Assembly: GCF_964188315.1 (NCBI RefSeq)
Contig: NC_135656.1
Location: 42,656,001-42,720,000, forward strand
Direction: 5' to 3'
Origin: Podarcis muralis
Taxonomy: Eukaryota
Length of the DNA: 64,000 nt
The position numbers were made by a program, and so were the translations under genes. The notes beneath the pieces were generated by a model. It saw nothing but the letters and a program-made list of their open reading frames with translations. It was not told the DNA's origin and did not search any database. Positions 24,773 through 37,657 of the stretch are shown in pieces. Position 1 is the stretch's first letter. Each line of letters starts with the position of its first letter.

Positions 24773-24830
<58 letters not shown>
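24773..24830. repeat. (AAAG)n microsatellite
   Basis: Direct reading. Confidence 0.95.
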
Positions 24831-24832
<2 letters not shown>

Positions 24833-27057
24833 CAATGCCTCTCACCCATAGTGGGGGAAACCAGGTTACCTATGTGCCTGCTCAGTCTGTTGCCAAGGTA
24901 AAAACCAGTGCATTTTTTCAGCCAGAGAGTGCTGGAACACAGTTCTGGCACCTCTCAGTTGGGTACCATTGAGGGACAGCGCTCCCCCTGCCTGCTTCTT
25001 GCCTTTACGTACTTCCCTTCCTCCCCCACAGCAAACACTTGGTGAGTGAGGCTGAGAGACTTCAGAGAAGTGTGACTAGCCCAAGGTCACCCAGCAGCTG
25101 CATGTGGAGGAGCGGGGACGCGAACCCGGTTCACCAGATTATGAGTCCACCACTCTTAACCACTACACCACACTGGCTCTGGCAGTGGCAGGGGCACATT
25201 TATTTGACCTGCACCAGAACCAGAATCAGCTAGGGAGACAACTTGCCATAGTTTTTCGCGCCTCTGCCTGTGGTGAACAAAGCTGTTGTCAAACCAACAT
25301 CTGTTCAGGTGTCGAACAGCAACTTACTGTAACAACTTCACGGTGGGTTCTGGCACCTATTTTCTTGAAAAAAAGCACTGGTAATAACCATTGATGGACA
25401 AAGTCATGGCCCTTTCTGCTCTTCTGCTCTCCCTTCATAGGCCCTTTAAATAGAGGCTGTCTCACAGCAGCCTCATAAACTTAAAAGATATAGAATGAAA
25501 TTGGTATTAAGGAACATTTAAGCTTAGAACTGCTCCAGAGCCAAACATCACATCTTTTTAAAGGCTATGGGTCTATTAAGAGTAGGCATCAATAGTTTAA
25601 TCTTCAGCTAATGTGTCATGATCAATGAGGTCTCCCCACCCCAATTTAATATTGAATATAGGCTAGGATGAGACTAAATGTTGGTGTTAATCTTGGCCCT
25701 TCTCCTGAAGTTTCTTCTCCCACCTGATACAGAACCTTGAAATGGCGGACTTTCACAGTATGCCTTTAGTAAAACTGTCTCCCAGTTCAACTCAGAAGGC
25801 AGATGACCTTCCATTAGCAAATATGACTGCTGGCTCTCATGGTTTCCAAGGCAACAAAAGGTGGATGAGGTTCAGGAACAATGCCTATCCCTTCTGATGA
25901 CAGGGAAATTAGGTCAAGTACTCCAGAGTGACAAATGGTGCTTGAGCGTAAGGGTGTGAGTGACTAAAACGGGCTGGAAATAGAAAGCAATTTGCTGAAC
26001 TCAGCCCTTACCTTTAGTCCTATTAGTATTTTAGAACAAGTGAAGGCAAGGGACATTTTGTTAAGACAGCAATTCAACTCGTGGTGTTCCTGTTCATGAA
26101 ACTACTGATAATAATCCATCCTTCAGGGAGCTAAGCGGTCCAGAGCAATGCCACCTGAGACATGCAGAGGGGAGGTCGTGGGCTTTGGCAAACAGATTTG
26201 GGATGGTTAGCTAGCTGGAAGAACAGGAGAAACTCTACTGAAGGAGAACAAAGAAGGGCAATGGATCCAACTAGGGCATCTGTTGTAACTTTTAACCACC
26301 TCTCCTCTCAGTTCCTTAAAACTTGGTAGGCAATTATGCAATAGGAACTGATTTCCTTAGAAACATTTACCACCCACACTGAACGGTTTTTTCCAAGTAC
26401 CTCAGAAAAATTGTCATGAGTGCATGGCACCACTTCCCTAAGTGGCAAGACGTCAAGGGTTTAATTCCCTCTGAATGAGGTAGCATTGAAGACTTACCAT
26501 TCCTTGAACATTTGTGAAAAAATTCTGCTGTGCAAAATGCTCCTGTTCGGTGATCCACAGAGCCATGCCCCTTCCCATCATACTCCATGCCCTTCTTCAC
26601 ATGGCCAGTGAGCATGCCCAGTCCTCACTGGTCTTTTTTAATGAAAGGTGGTGGTGTTCTACTTTCTTAGGTTTCTCCCCTTACTTTGCAAACTTATGGT
26701 TTCCATGAGTATGCTGATACCTCCAGCTTGTTCCTTGGTAGACCTGTTTTGGCTACAGTTTTGTTGATATGCAACACCTGCCTGCAGCTAGAAGTGATAT
26801 ACTGTATAAGCAGAGCTTTTTTGGAAGCAAATAGACACTCCATCAGCAGGCAGATCCCTAGAGAAACTTTGGCAGCTTCCATCACCACAGCTGAACTCCA
26901 TCTACAAAGTCTCAGCAGTCTGACCCTCTCTCCTTTGGGGCACATAAATGTGCTCACTCACAGGGACTGCTGTGCGTTTGTCTGTGGTTTACCCACAGAT
27001 CTACAAAATTTGATTTCAAATACCATCTGCAAAGATGATATTCAGTGAATTGTGAAA

Positions 27058-27301
27058 TACAGTGGTACCTTGGTTCTCAAACGGCTTGGCTCCCAAACAT
27101 ATCAGCTCCCGAATGCCACAAACCTGGAAGTAAGTGTTCCGGTTTGCGAACGTTTTTTGGAAGCCGAACGTCCATTTCAGCTGTCGGCATTGTTTCCAGG
27201 GCCAATCAGCCAATCAGAAGCCACGCCTTGGTTTGTGAACGTTTTGGAAGTCGAACGGACTTCCAGAACAGATTGGGTTCGAGAACCAAGGTACCAGTGT
27301 A
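27058..27301. mobile_element. Tigger/pogo-like MITE, second family
   Basis: TIRs tacagtggtaccttggttctc / gagaaccaaggtaccagtgta with TA ends. Confidence 0.82.
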
Positions 27302-27801
27302 CTCAGAATCCAATTGTTATTGCAACTATCTTATTCATTTGAAATACTTCTCAGTTTATGCCAGTCAAGAAGTATTTGCATTTGTAATTTGACCTAGTTT
27401 GAAGGGCAAAGATGAAACTTTGCATAGTGAAGCGAATCTACCCAATCCAGACTTCTAGACCCAGTACACAAGCACAAGACACAGCTACCCATTGAAATTT
27501 GCGCTTTTGTGATGCAGTTCTCTAACAACAATAACAACAGTATGTAAAAGAATGCAGCCATTAAAAATATGTGTCAGTGATAATAGCATATTAGGGAATA
27601 TGCTGGCAAAAATGCATAGGCTGGGCACAACTGCATCCAAAACACATCAGGAGAAAAGCACAGGAAAATGCAAATAATTTTTCATGAACTTTAAAAATAT
27701 TTACAAACTGCTGCAGAAATAAGGGTGAATTAAGATTGGAAAAATTTGAAATGAGGAGAAACCAAAACTATGAGATTTCTCTATCTTTAACTCAGCATTT
27801 C

Positions 27802-28083
27802 GGGGTGCGCTCCCGTTGCTCGGTCCCAGCGCCTGCCAACCTAGCAGTTCGAAAGCACCCCCGGGTGCAAGTAGATAAATAGGGACCGCTTACAAGCGGG
27901 AAGGTAAACGGCGTTCCGTGTGCGGCTCTGGCTCGCCAGAGCAGCGATGTCACGCTAGCCACGTGACCCGGAAGTGTCTCCGGACAGCGCTGGCCCCCGG
28001 CCTCTTGAGTGAGATGGGCGCACAACCCTAGAGTCTGTCAAGACTGGCCCGTACGGGCAGGGGTACCTTTACCTTACCTTTAC
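27802..28083 (+). mobile_element. Sauria SINE, 5'-truncated
   Basis: gctcggtcccagcgcctgccaacctagcagttcgaaagcac body, (accttt)n tail; 17-bp TSD ctttaactcagcatttc. Confidence 0.92.
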
Positions 28084-30913
28084 CTTTAACTCAGCATTTC
28101 TCAAGCAAGTTCCATACACAACAGTGTATTACTTTAGGCTCAGCTCAATTCCTTGAAATCAGGTAAGTATAATTTGAGCTTCTTCTTCTGTATTTTCATT
28201 TTCATTCTTTGCCTTCCCTTATTTTTACACGTTTGCATAATCATCCAGTCACATCCTGAGCTTAGGAAAGACCGAATCAAAGCCAGCACTGAACATTTTG
28301 CCTCTTTTTCCTCTTTCTTCTTTCATATTTTCAATATTAGTTCACATTGCCAGTTGAGCAGCGAGGCAATTTTCTCTCATTTCCCTCTTATTACTGAGGC
28401 ACATTTCTAACATCCTTTTTTTCTGGCTGAAATCCACTTTTGGAACTGTTTTTCAGTTTGCTGTTCCCTTGTTCTCGTGACATGCTTGTGCTATTTAAAG
28501 CCATATTTCTCTCGCCCTTCCCATTTCCTGTTTACTTCCTTTTCTTTCTTTTTTCAGTTTTCAGAGCATGATCCATTTCTGCCCCCAACAGTGATGTGGT
28601 GGAAGACAAGATGCAAAGTCTCTGCACAAACACACACAAGAAGGCCAAGAGCTGGTCGCCGGAAGCAGACACACCTGCTCTTTAGTGTTATACCGAATTT
28701 TAAAAAGACCATTCTCAGCTGTTTGCCCACCTCAAAATTGGCTGTTTTGTTTCTGCTCTGGAGATATACTTCCATAGCACTATAACAGCCATGTGAGACA
28801 TATTCCTGTGCAACCGGCCATAGAAGTGCAAAGTCCGCTGTACATTGAAACTATGAACAGAGCACATACATAGACGAGCACATTACAGCTACATGCCGTA
28901 ATTTTTCACAAATGACAATATAAAGCTTACAAAGTAACATGGAAATATATTGTTTCTTATGCTTGATATTTTTCACAAATGTAATGCAAAGGATGGGTGC
29001 AAGAAGTTTGTGAAGGAGCAATCGTATTGTTTTTCCAGGAGACAAATGTACAGTTTTCATTTTCTGTCTTCCGAGTTCTATAAAGAAAGAATAACATGCT
29101 TCATTTTTACTGGGAAAGAATGACCCAATTCTACAAGTGTCAGTTAAGGAACACACAAGGACACGTAGATTGCTTTCAACTGATCAGGACCCTTTAGCAC
29201 TGGTGAGGCATTCATTGCCTTTCTGAAATCAGTTGGAAACAGAATTAAAACGGTGGTCCTACATGACACTTTAGATAACGCTGTTTTCATTGGGCAAAGT
29301 TTCACTATATATTACTAATTCATTTTATTGGAACATTTCCATCTGGGCTCTCCAATTCCAAAATGAAACACTCAAAGTGTCTAACATAAATACAACCAAT
29401 TAACGACAATAAACTCCTCCACTCCTGTAATTTGCAGGGAACAGGAAATGACTTATGAAGGACAATTCATGAAAGTCATGGACATAGTTACTGAAAAGGA
29501 ATCAATTAATTAGGAGGATGTGACTAATTAAAAAGGTACAGTACAATAACTCAAAAGTACTCTTCATAGTACTTTGCCAGTCCACACTAGACAGACTGGT
29601 GCTGCAATTGTATTTTACAACAAAAAGAGGCCCTTATCAGGTCTGAATAAATTGGGAAGACAGCAGAGGAGCTCACATGGGCTGTCATTACAAATGAAAT
29701 TTACACATAAAAAATTAGTGAACAAAGGAGGTCAATTCCAGTGAAAATAGGGTGGAAGTGACCTTAAAGGAAGGTCCAGATGAAGGATTTATTAGGTGTT
29801 GAATATGCTGATTCACTGCACAGGTAACAAAAAAATCCAGTCTCTCCCCCTCTCAATCACTTTAGGAGAATCTACATCTAGAAACCCTGTACTCCATTGA
29901 CTAGGAGAGAACAACTCATGTCGAAAGCATCACACGCACAGAAGATGGACCACCACTGCTCTCCATCTGACATGAAACATCAGAAGGAGGTTGGCCCCAT
30001 TCACACACCTTGTCACACCTCACTGGATTGTTGGCAAATGCTAATGATAAAATTTCCCTTGGTGGATATGATAAACCTCAGTGATGTTATATCCAGGAGA
30101 ACTGGCTTCCTTTGGTTGGCCAATCCCCTTCCTAACTGATCAGCACTTCCCACCAACTGTAAAATCTTTCATTCTAATTGGGTAACTGGGTTCTCATTCT
30201 GCTATTTTAGAAATCTTCAATATATGCTATACTTTTATGTGGTTGTTTGGAAACTTGCCTTGATCTAAACCAGTGCCTTAGATCTCTTTGGTCACACTGG
30301 GCTAACACGTAAGTGTTTTGTTCTGCTGGAGGCTACACACAGCAGAGAGTAGCGTTTTAGTTCTTATTTCCTGGAATCTTGCAGGAGTCTGGCATCTCCC
30401 GGGTCTGAGTTGGGGGTGGACTGTTAACAGGAGTGGTGACAGCCTATCGGTTTGGGGGTTTTGATTGACACTGAACCCCTTAACCTTTACAGGTCTGTGC
30501 TGTAAGTTCCTACAGAAACATCAGGGGGTGGAAACAATTACCTGCTGTGACAATTTACTTAGGGAAGCACGGGTAGGTTTGTCATCTCTCGAATAACATT
30601 TGGTGCCCACCTAAAGGCTTGGTTCTCAGTATTTTTAATGTGATAACTTCTCCATAAAAAGACTCCTCTGGAGCATTCTGATATGATGGACCAGCTTTCT
30701 GAGTGCTTTGGTTAGTCAAAATTACAACTTGCCATATCTAGGGCTTAACCCACACTAGTAGGGTTTCTCAAGAAAACTGAGATATACTGAAGGCTCATCC
30801 ATACTTCTGCTTGCTCCGAATTAGAGCTAAAGAGCAGGTTTTCTGGGGGAAAGTGGCGGGGCAAAGGCAAAACCACTAGATTTATGCCTAGAAAGCATGG
30901 GACCAGCAGATGA

Positions 30914-31009
30914 TCACTCAGAGCCATGTTTTCTAGGCACAGGACAAGAAGCAGGATGGGCCCTGAGATGGAATCTTGTGTTGTACATGATGCAGCATTC
31001 TCAGGATCT
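30914..31009 (-). pseudogene. Lectin-like gene C, last CTLD exon, out of frame with the preceding exon
   Basis: Acceptor ttttccccag. The frame ECCIMYNTRFHLRAHPASCPVPRKHGSE* has the same Cys spacing as the last exon of gene B but is preceded by TGA; the phase-correct frame instead reads RDPENAASC... to a stop at 30745. Confidence 0.5.
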
Positions 31010-31296
31010 CTGGGGAAAATAAACTTGTGGTGAATTCATCACACAAACTAAGGGTTGTATACATTGGCATTCATATAATTGCTCTACCTAGCCCACACTG
31101 GTCTTTGTTCTGACTCTCTCTGTTCTGGAGCTTAATGGATACCTACAGCCCATGATGTGACCCTTGTCAGCTGATTTCATAATGTTCTCTTTTGAAAAGT
31201 GCAGCACACATTTGCAGCTTCATGTGGTCATAAAATTCTTGTGAGCAGATAGGAATTTGGAGAGGAGACCAACAGCAGTAAATGAAGCTTACTTAC

Positions 31297-31382
31297 CTGC
31301 CAGTCACTTTATTCTGTTCTCCTTCAGGGTTGTCAACCCAGTATTCAGAATTATTTCCAAGGTTCAGATTGACCTCCTTGAT
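31297..31382 (-). CDS. Lectin-like gene C, second CTLD exon
   Basis: tgttag|IKEVNLNLGNNSEYWVDNPEGEQNKVTG|gtaagt; phase 0 to 2 as in CTLD exon 2; YWV in place of WIGL. Confidence 0.6.
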
Positions 31383-31385
31383 CTA

Positions 31386-32330
31386 ACATGATGATGATTG
31401 TTATTATTTTATTGAATTTATATACCGCCCTATACCCGGAGGTTCCAGGGTGGTTCACAGAAAAGATAAACATAAAAACCACAATATATATATAACCACT
31501 GGGACACAGGTTGCACTGTGGGTTAAACCACAGAGCCTAGGACTTGCCGATCAGAAGGTTGGCAGTTCGAATCCCCGTGATGGGGTGAGCTCCCATTGCT
31601 CGGTCCCAGCTCCTGCCCACCTAGCAGTTCGAAAGCACGTCAAAGTGCAAGTAGATAAATAGGTACCGCTCCAGCGGGAAGGTAAACAGCATCTCCGTGC
31701 GCTGCTCTGGTTCGCCAGAAGTGGCTTAGTCATGCTCCCTTGGCCAATAAAGCGAGATGAGCGCCACAACTCCGGAGTCGGTCATGACTGGACCTAATGG
31801 TCAGGGGTCCCTTTACCTTTATATATAACCACAATAAAAACAACAACCCAATAACACGTCCCCCCATAAAAGAGCCACATTTTAAAAGGGCATAGGATGT
31901 CAATCAGATCAACCAACGGCATGGTTAAAAAGATTTATTTTTGCCTGGTGCCTAAAGGTGTATAATGAAGGTGCCAGGCGAACTTCCCTGGGGAAAGCAT
32001 TCCACAGACGGGAAGTCACTGTAGAGAAGGCCCGTTCTCATGTTGCCACCCTCCTGACCTCTCAAGGAGGAGGCACATGAAGAAGGGCCTCAGAAGATGA
32101 TATCAGGGTCCGGGTAGTTTCATATGGGAAGAGACGGTCCTTGAGGTATTGTGGTCCTGGGTCGTTTAAGGCTTTATAGGTAAAAACCAGCACTTTGAAT
32201 TGGGCCCAGAAACTAATTGGTAGCCAGTGTAGTCGGACCAGGATCGGTGTAATATGCTCAAACCGTCTTGCTCTGGTGAGCAACCTGGCCACTGAATTCT
32301 GCACTTGCTGAAGTTTCTGAATCGTCTTCA
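31386..32330 (-). mobile_element. L2 LINE 3' fragment, interrupted by a Sauria SINE
   Basis: QNSVARLLTRARRFEHITPILVRLHWLPISFWAQFKVLVFTYKAL...GPQYLKDRL (ORF 32062-32304). Confidence 0.85.
31501..31819 (+). mobile_element. Sauria SINE, full length
   Basis: gggacacaggttgcactgtgggttaaaccacagagcctagg head, ggggtccctttaccttt tail; 13-bp TSD tatatataaccac. Confidence 0.92.
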
Positions 32331-32479
32331 GAAAGCAGGAAAGGTCAGATCAGTGTCTGCTCTTTGCCCTCCCCCTCAATCCAGAAGAGTGTAATCAACA
32401 CTAAAAAGGAACTGCAAGTTACCCTCCAAATTAGGACCTCTGAGATAGCTCTGGGCTATAGCAACTGCACCTCTAATTT

Positions 32480-33190
32480 AACAAACTAAATGAGATTGAC
32501 TGACTGAGTGCTCATTAATGGTTCCTTGTCATCCTGGAAAAAAGGGACAAGTGGGTTGCCATAGGGTTCTGTGCTGGGTTCATGGTTCTTCAACGTCTTT
32601 ATGAATAACTTAGATGATGAAGGAATTAAGGGGATGCTCATCCAATTTGCAGATGATAGCAAACTGGGAGGGGGAGCCAATGCCACAGAAGGCAGAATCA
32701 GGATTCAAGATGGGCCCAAACTAACAGAATGAAATTCAGTAGGCTCAAATGTTAAGTTCTACACTTAGGCAGGAAGAATCAGCTGCACAAATATAAGATG
32801 GGGGGACAACTTTGGGTTACGAACTTAATTCGTTCCGGAGGTCCGTTCTTAACCCGAAACCATTCTTAACCTGAGGCGCGCTTTCGCTAATGGGGCCTCC
32901 CGCTGCTGCCGCGCCACCGGTGCACGATTTCTGTTCTCATCCTGGGGCAAAGTTCTCAACCCGAGGTACTACTTCCAGGTTAGCAGAGTTTGTAACCCAA
33001 AGTGTTTGTAACACGAAGCTTTTGTAACACTGTAGTACATATGAAAAGTATCCAGGAGTCTTGGTAGACAACAGCTGAACATGAACCAGCAGCAGCAGCA
33101 GCAAAAAATAAAAAATAAAACAGCTAATGCTATTCTAGGCTGCATCAACAGAACTATATTGTCCAGATCAAGGGAAGTCATAGTCCAAGC
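32480..33190 (+). mobile_element. CR1 RT fragment with a nested Tigger-like MITE (32812-33035)
   Basis: gggttctgtgctgggttcatggttcttcaacgtctttatgaataacttagatga...atttgcagatgatagcaaactggg (GSVLG...FADD motif region). Confidence 0.75.
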
Positions 33191-33685
33191 AGAAGTGTGG
33201 ATTAGCACTCAGCTTGAATTTGTTCTTATTTGTGATATAAAGTTGCTTTATATAACTAGTTCATACTATTCTATTTTGTATAATTTTGATATTTAGATCC
33301 CATTTTTTGTGGGTGGGTGGGTGGGTTGGGACATATTTCTTCTTTGCTGGGTTCAGCATCCCACAGTGGCCAATGAGGTGCCTTCAGCACATTTGGCAGT
33401 GTTCAGGAAACAAATGGCAGGAGAAAGTTGGGAAGCGAGAATCTGAGTAAAATTCTGGGCATGGGAAAGGTCACACATGTACATAAGAGGCTGCAATTGT
33501 AGGCCACTACTGTACCTAGGAATAGAGTTAAGTAAAGAAACTGAGTAGCAGATGGATCATCACAGAAAACTATGAGGATCAAGAATGGGAAGAACAGTGT
33601 GTGTGTGTCCTGCCTCACTGAAATCTAATTAATTCTCTATGCAAGGTAGCCAACAATTAGTTCCAGGAAAGTCACCAATGCTCAC

Positions 33686-33819
33686 CGCTTCAGCCGTTGC
33701 CAGGGGCGCACTTCGCCTACTGCAGTCCCTCCGTGCCTCTGCCCAGGTATGTTTATGAATGGAGATGTAAATGCACTTTGTCTGGTACTTCTGAAAGTCC
33801 CCTGGACACTGAGGAATAA
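33686..33819 (-). CDS. Lectin-like gene C, first CTLD exon
   Basis: gtttcag|(V)IPQCPGDFQKYQTKCIYISIHKHTWAEARRDCSRRSAPLATAEA|gtgag; C..C...W..A...C...A.LA pattern; phase 1 to 0. Confidence 0.85.
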
Positions 33820-34740
33820 CTGAAACACACAGAGCCCTGGGATAAGAAACCATGGTACTGGAACGATTCTATGTACTAATCATGAAAGCTCCAGATCTTA
33901 GCATAGCTTGCTAGTCATACTCATCCATCCAAAACTGAGCTCCCCATTCTATACTGTTCAGTGCTTAATGCTGTGGATATTTGCACATTTATATATTACA
34001 AATGTATTCTACCCAGCCCAGCAGAGAGTACATGAGGTTTTGAACCATTGCCCGTGGATCGTCACAACAGGCTGTGGGTTTAACCTATAATTCAGCCCTG
34101 CCCTTCCTCTATTTCTTTGGGCTGTACAGCTGCTAACACCATCTTTCCTCTAACAACTTGGCTACTGTTCTTCCAGTGTACATGCCGGTGCTCCAGCAAC
34201 ATAGCTGAACTATCCTCAGAAACCCAAGGCAGCTAGCTATCCTCTCAAAGAGCCAAATCTGTATTTGAATATTTAATCAACTGGTCCTTGACAACTTCAC
34301 ACATACACAATAGTCCCATGAAAATCACATCGGGAAGTGACCCCATCAGCTGTCCACAGCAAAAGGCTTTGATTCTGTGTATCAGAGATGGTGAACCTGT
34401 GGCCCTCTAGATGCTAGTAGAGTACAACTCCCATCACCCTAACCACTTGCTGGCTGAGGCTGACAAAGGTTGGAGGCCAACAGCATCAGGAGGGCCACAG
34501 ACAGAGGCGGATTTAAGGGTACTCAACTGGTTTGTCCACACTGGGCGCCGAACCAAGAGGGTGCCACATTTTCTCAACTCCTCCTCACAACACACCTCTT
34601 GCACTAACATCAATTAGTACAATGCCTCCTGAACGTCTGATAAGTGCACTTTTTTCTGGAGAGAAGCTGAAGGTACATTTCATTCTTACATCCAAGAAGG
34701 GTTCATACTTGAGCATGCTAAAAGTGAGAACTTCCTTTAC

Positions 34741-34806
34741 CCACGCAAGAAGCCCAACTGCTGCATTTCCTTCTGAATGGCTCTGGGCCTGCTGCATTAG
34801 CAGTGA
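34741..34806 (-). CDS. Lectin-like gene C, candidate neck exon
   Basis: ctgatcag|(F)TANAAGPEPFRRKCSSWASCV|gtaaag; 66 nt, phase 1 to 1, open and frame-preserving. Confidence 0.5.
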
Positions 34807-35080
34807 CTGATCAGACAATGCAGAAAAGTGTGGTAACATGACTCGCCCCATTCTGGTGGGGCTGAATGAAAGAAGGCAAGAACTGTACATAATGTGGAAG
34901 CACAGTGGGCTTCCTCCTCTGGGAGTGGGTACTTTAGGCTAGCAGGAATCCTATTTTTTTTAGTCTGTTTCCTGTGGCACATTAACAGTTCCTCTCACAG
35001 TATAAAGTTTGAGAATGTTTGGACTACAATGACCAGCGGCATAGGATGATGTGCCCTTCCGGGTCCTCTGTTGAACTTAC

Positions 35081-35215
35081 ATTTCAGAAAGGCCAGCACA
35101 AAGGCAGCTGACGCTATTAACAGGGAAACAAACACCAAGATGTAGAGGGTGATGATAGACGCTCTCCGACAACAGCAGTCCGTATGATCAGTAAATCTGG
35201 TGGGTGTGGGCACAC
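35081..35215 (-). CDS. Lectin-like gene C, transmembrane exon (type II signal anchor)
   Basis: tctgcag|(G)VPTPTRFTDHTDCCCRRASIITLYILVFVSLLIASAAFVLAFLK|gtaagt; 135 nt, phase 1 to 1. Confidence 0.85.
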
Positions 35216-36265
35216 CTGCAGATAACCAATAAGAGTGACTATTATAGCACACACACAAAAATAGCTGGTATCACGGAGTAAGGGGCCAGATGTGAGCTGT
35301 ACATATGTAAAAGGCATGTGTATATGAGATGACATGCTTAAGTGCAGCCCACCTGCTGTGGATGGGAGATGGTGGGATCTGCAGTTCAAAGATGAGGTGG
35401 GGTGGTGGAGGGTGATACTTGGGGTGAACCCCCCCTAATGTATATTGACAGGCCCCTGCAGAGGGAGGGACACAGGTGGGTATACTTGCCCTGGGCCTCG
35501 GAGGCCTAAGCCGGCTGATGGTGGGGTGGGCAGAGACTGCCTGCTTTTTTGTTTATAGCTTTATTTTATCAAGACTCCTGCCCCATGCCTCAGACAAGCT
35601 CTCCGTGGGCCTGTTAAGTGGTGCCTCAGACCACCAACTTCCATGTCTTCTAGGCTCAATCCTTCTGAAAGGACAGATGGGCCTAGTGTGTACAGCAGGC
35701 AGATAAGCACCAGGCATCCTGATATATGATCTGTAATAGATGGTGTTTGATCAAAGCAGGAGGAGGGGGGCTTCTGGGGTGGGTCATCCGAGGGAGGTAC
35801 GTTCAGGCACCATTCTTTCTAGAAAAAAAGCACTGCTTATAAGAAAACAATATGTTTTGAATGTGTTATAAAGGTACAGTGTGCACACAGCCTGAATTTA
35901 AGGGAGGTGTATCGCTCAAGGACACATCCATTCTACCTTTCTCCACGAAGCTGACCTATCAGCATCAGTGAGTCATTTAACGAAACATCCTCTTGGTTAA
36001 AAATAATGGAGGCCTTGGAAAGATGTCAACATGGTGTGGTCACTCAACTCACGATCTGCTTCAACCTACTCCCCCAGTAGGATAGTTTGTTTATTTGTTG
36101 GGAAATGATCTAGGTGAGCAATTACTTAAACAGGTTCTAGTGGACCCTTTGGATTGGGTGATAGGCATTGTGGCATTTCCACAGCGCACGCAATGGCTTC
36201 TTCCCAATCCCCAAACCAGATTGAGGCCATAGACATTATTGTACGTACTGTTAAGAATCACTTAC

Positions 36266-36376
36266 CTGTATCTGCTTTCTGTGTTTGCTGTGGGGTTGGC
36301 TGTTGCCATCTCAGCAAATGGGGAGGTACAACATTCTCATAATCCCTTTCAGATGGGGCCAAACTTTCTATGGAAT
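36266..36376 (-). CDS. Lectin-like gene C, cytoplasmic exon with DYENV
   Basis: ctttctctag|(D)SIESLAPSERDYENVVPPHLLRWQQPTPQQTQKADT|gtaagt; 111 nt, phase 1 to 1. Confidence 0.8.
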
Positions 36377-36640
36377 CTAGAGAAAGAAACAGTAGCTAAG
36401 GGGTGGTATTAAAATCCACACACCCTTTGAAAATCATCACTTACTGTAGTCTGTTTATGCCAGGCATGTCCAAAGTCTGTTTCGGGGGCCTAATTTGGCC
36501 CCTGTGGCAGTTTATTTGTTTATTTCGTGGGGTAAAAAACCTCAACAACTTCTAATAGGTATGAGAATGATTACTATGAGAACAGTCACTATCCCACTTG
36601 TTTTATCCTTTGGAGAATGTTCTATGAGCTGGGGTAGAGT

Positions 36641-36730
36641 GTTGTTGTTTAGTCGTTTAGTCGTGTCTGACTCTTCGTGCCCCATGGACCAGAGCACGCC
36701 AGGCACTTCTGTCTTCCACTGCCTCCCGCA
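36641..36730 (-). mobile_element. 90-bp BovB 3' end insertion
   Basis: Matches the 3' end of the copy at 13703; perfect 10-bp TSD ggggtagagt. Confidence 0.9.
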
Positions 36731-36949
36731 GGGGTAGAGTAGGTAATAAGTTTAAAAAAAAATTTCTGCTTCTTTCCCCAGCCCTCATATTCTCATATAA
36801 TGCAACTGTTTACTGTATGGCTAACCAACAACCTTAAATCCACATCTCTGTGCTAGGTTGCTCACTGATACTGGTGTGCAAAGTTGACACAGAACACTTC
36901 AATGGGAATTAGTAATTATCTTGTTTTTATTTCTTAAAGCAAAAACAAC

Positions 36950-37205
36950 TACTGTATTTTTTGCTCTATAAGACCCACTTTTTCCCTCCTAAAAAGTAAG
37001 GGGAAATGTGTGTGCGTCTTATGGAGCGAATGCAGGCTGCGCAGCTATCCCAGAAGCCAGAACAGCAAGAGGGATTGCTGCTTTCACTGCGCAGTGATCC
37101 CTCTTGCTGTTCTGGCTTCTGAGATATATTTTTTCTTGTTTTCCTCCTCCAAAAACTAGGTGCGTCATGTGGTCTGGTACGTCTTATAGAGCGAAAAATA
37201 CAGTA
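36950..37205. mobile_element. Tc2/pogo-like MITE (same family as 4623-4885, opposite orientation)
   Basis: TIR tactgtatttttgctctataagac. Confidence 0.82.
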
Positions 37206-37657
37206 ACTTTTGCACATTGGAGCAAAAAATTCTAACATCACTTATATACTAATCTAGTCTGAAGTGGGGGTGACTGACCAGGAATTTCGAGGCCTTGGTG
37301 GATGGTTAAATGAAAATATTGAACCCCAACATGCAGCAGTTATGAAAAAGGTAAATTCTGTGTTGGGCTCAGTTCTGGTCACAACACATCAAAAAGAATA
37401 TTGGGGACTGAAAAGGTTTCAGAAAAGCCCAACCAATGGAGAGGGTGGAACAACTTCCCTATGAAGAAAAGTTACATCATTTTGGGCTTTTCAGTTTAGA
37501 AGATGTGGAAAGTGATAGACGTGTATAAAGACATGTGCTTCATGGTGTGAAGAAAGTGAAGAGAGTATCTTAGTATTTTTTAATCCTAGAGCCTGGGGCT
37601 ATCCAATGAAGCTAAACATTGTAAGATATAAAAGGAAGTACTTCTTCACACAGCATA

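Noticed and set aside
25842-25855. Isolated X-box-like gtttccaaggcaac
   Set aside because: A single motif outside any promoter context is expected by chance in 64 kb.
28477-28785. Strong pyrimidine tract and 102-aa ORF; opposite strand begins MEVYLQ
   Set aside because: No homology recognised and no partner exons found.
36560-36583. Plus-strand TATGAGAATGATTACTATGAGAAC reading YENDYYEN, and a nearby minus-strand LYENM near 36790
   Set aside because: They resemble the receptor tails but lack usable splice sites and are bounded by close stops; best explained as short local duplication or chance.
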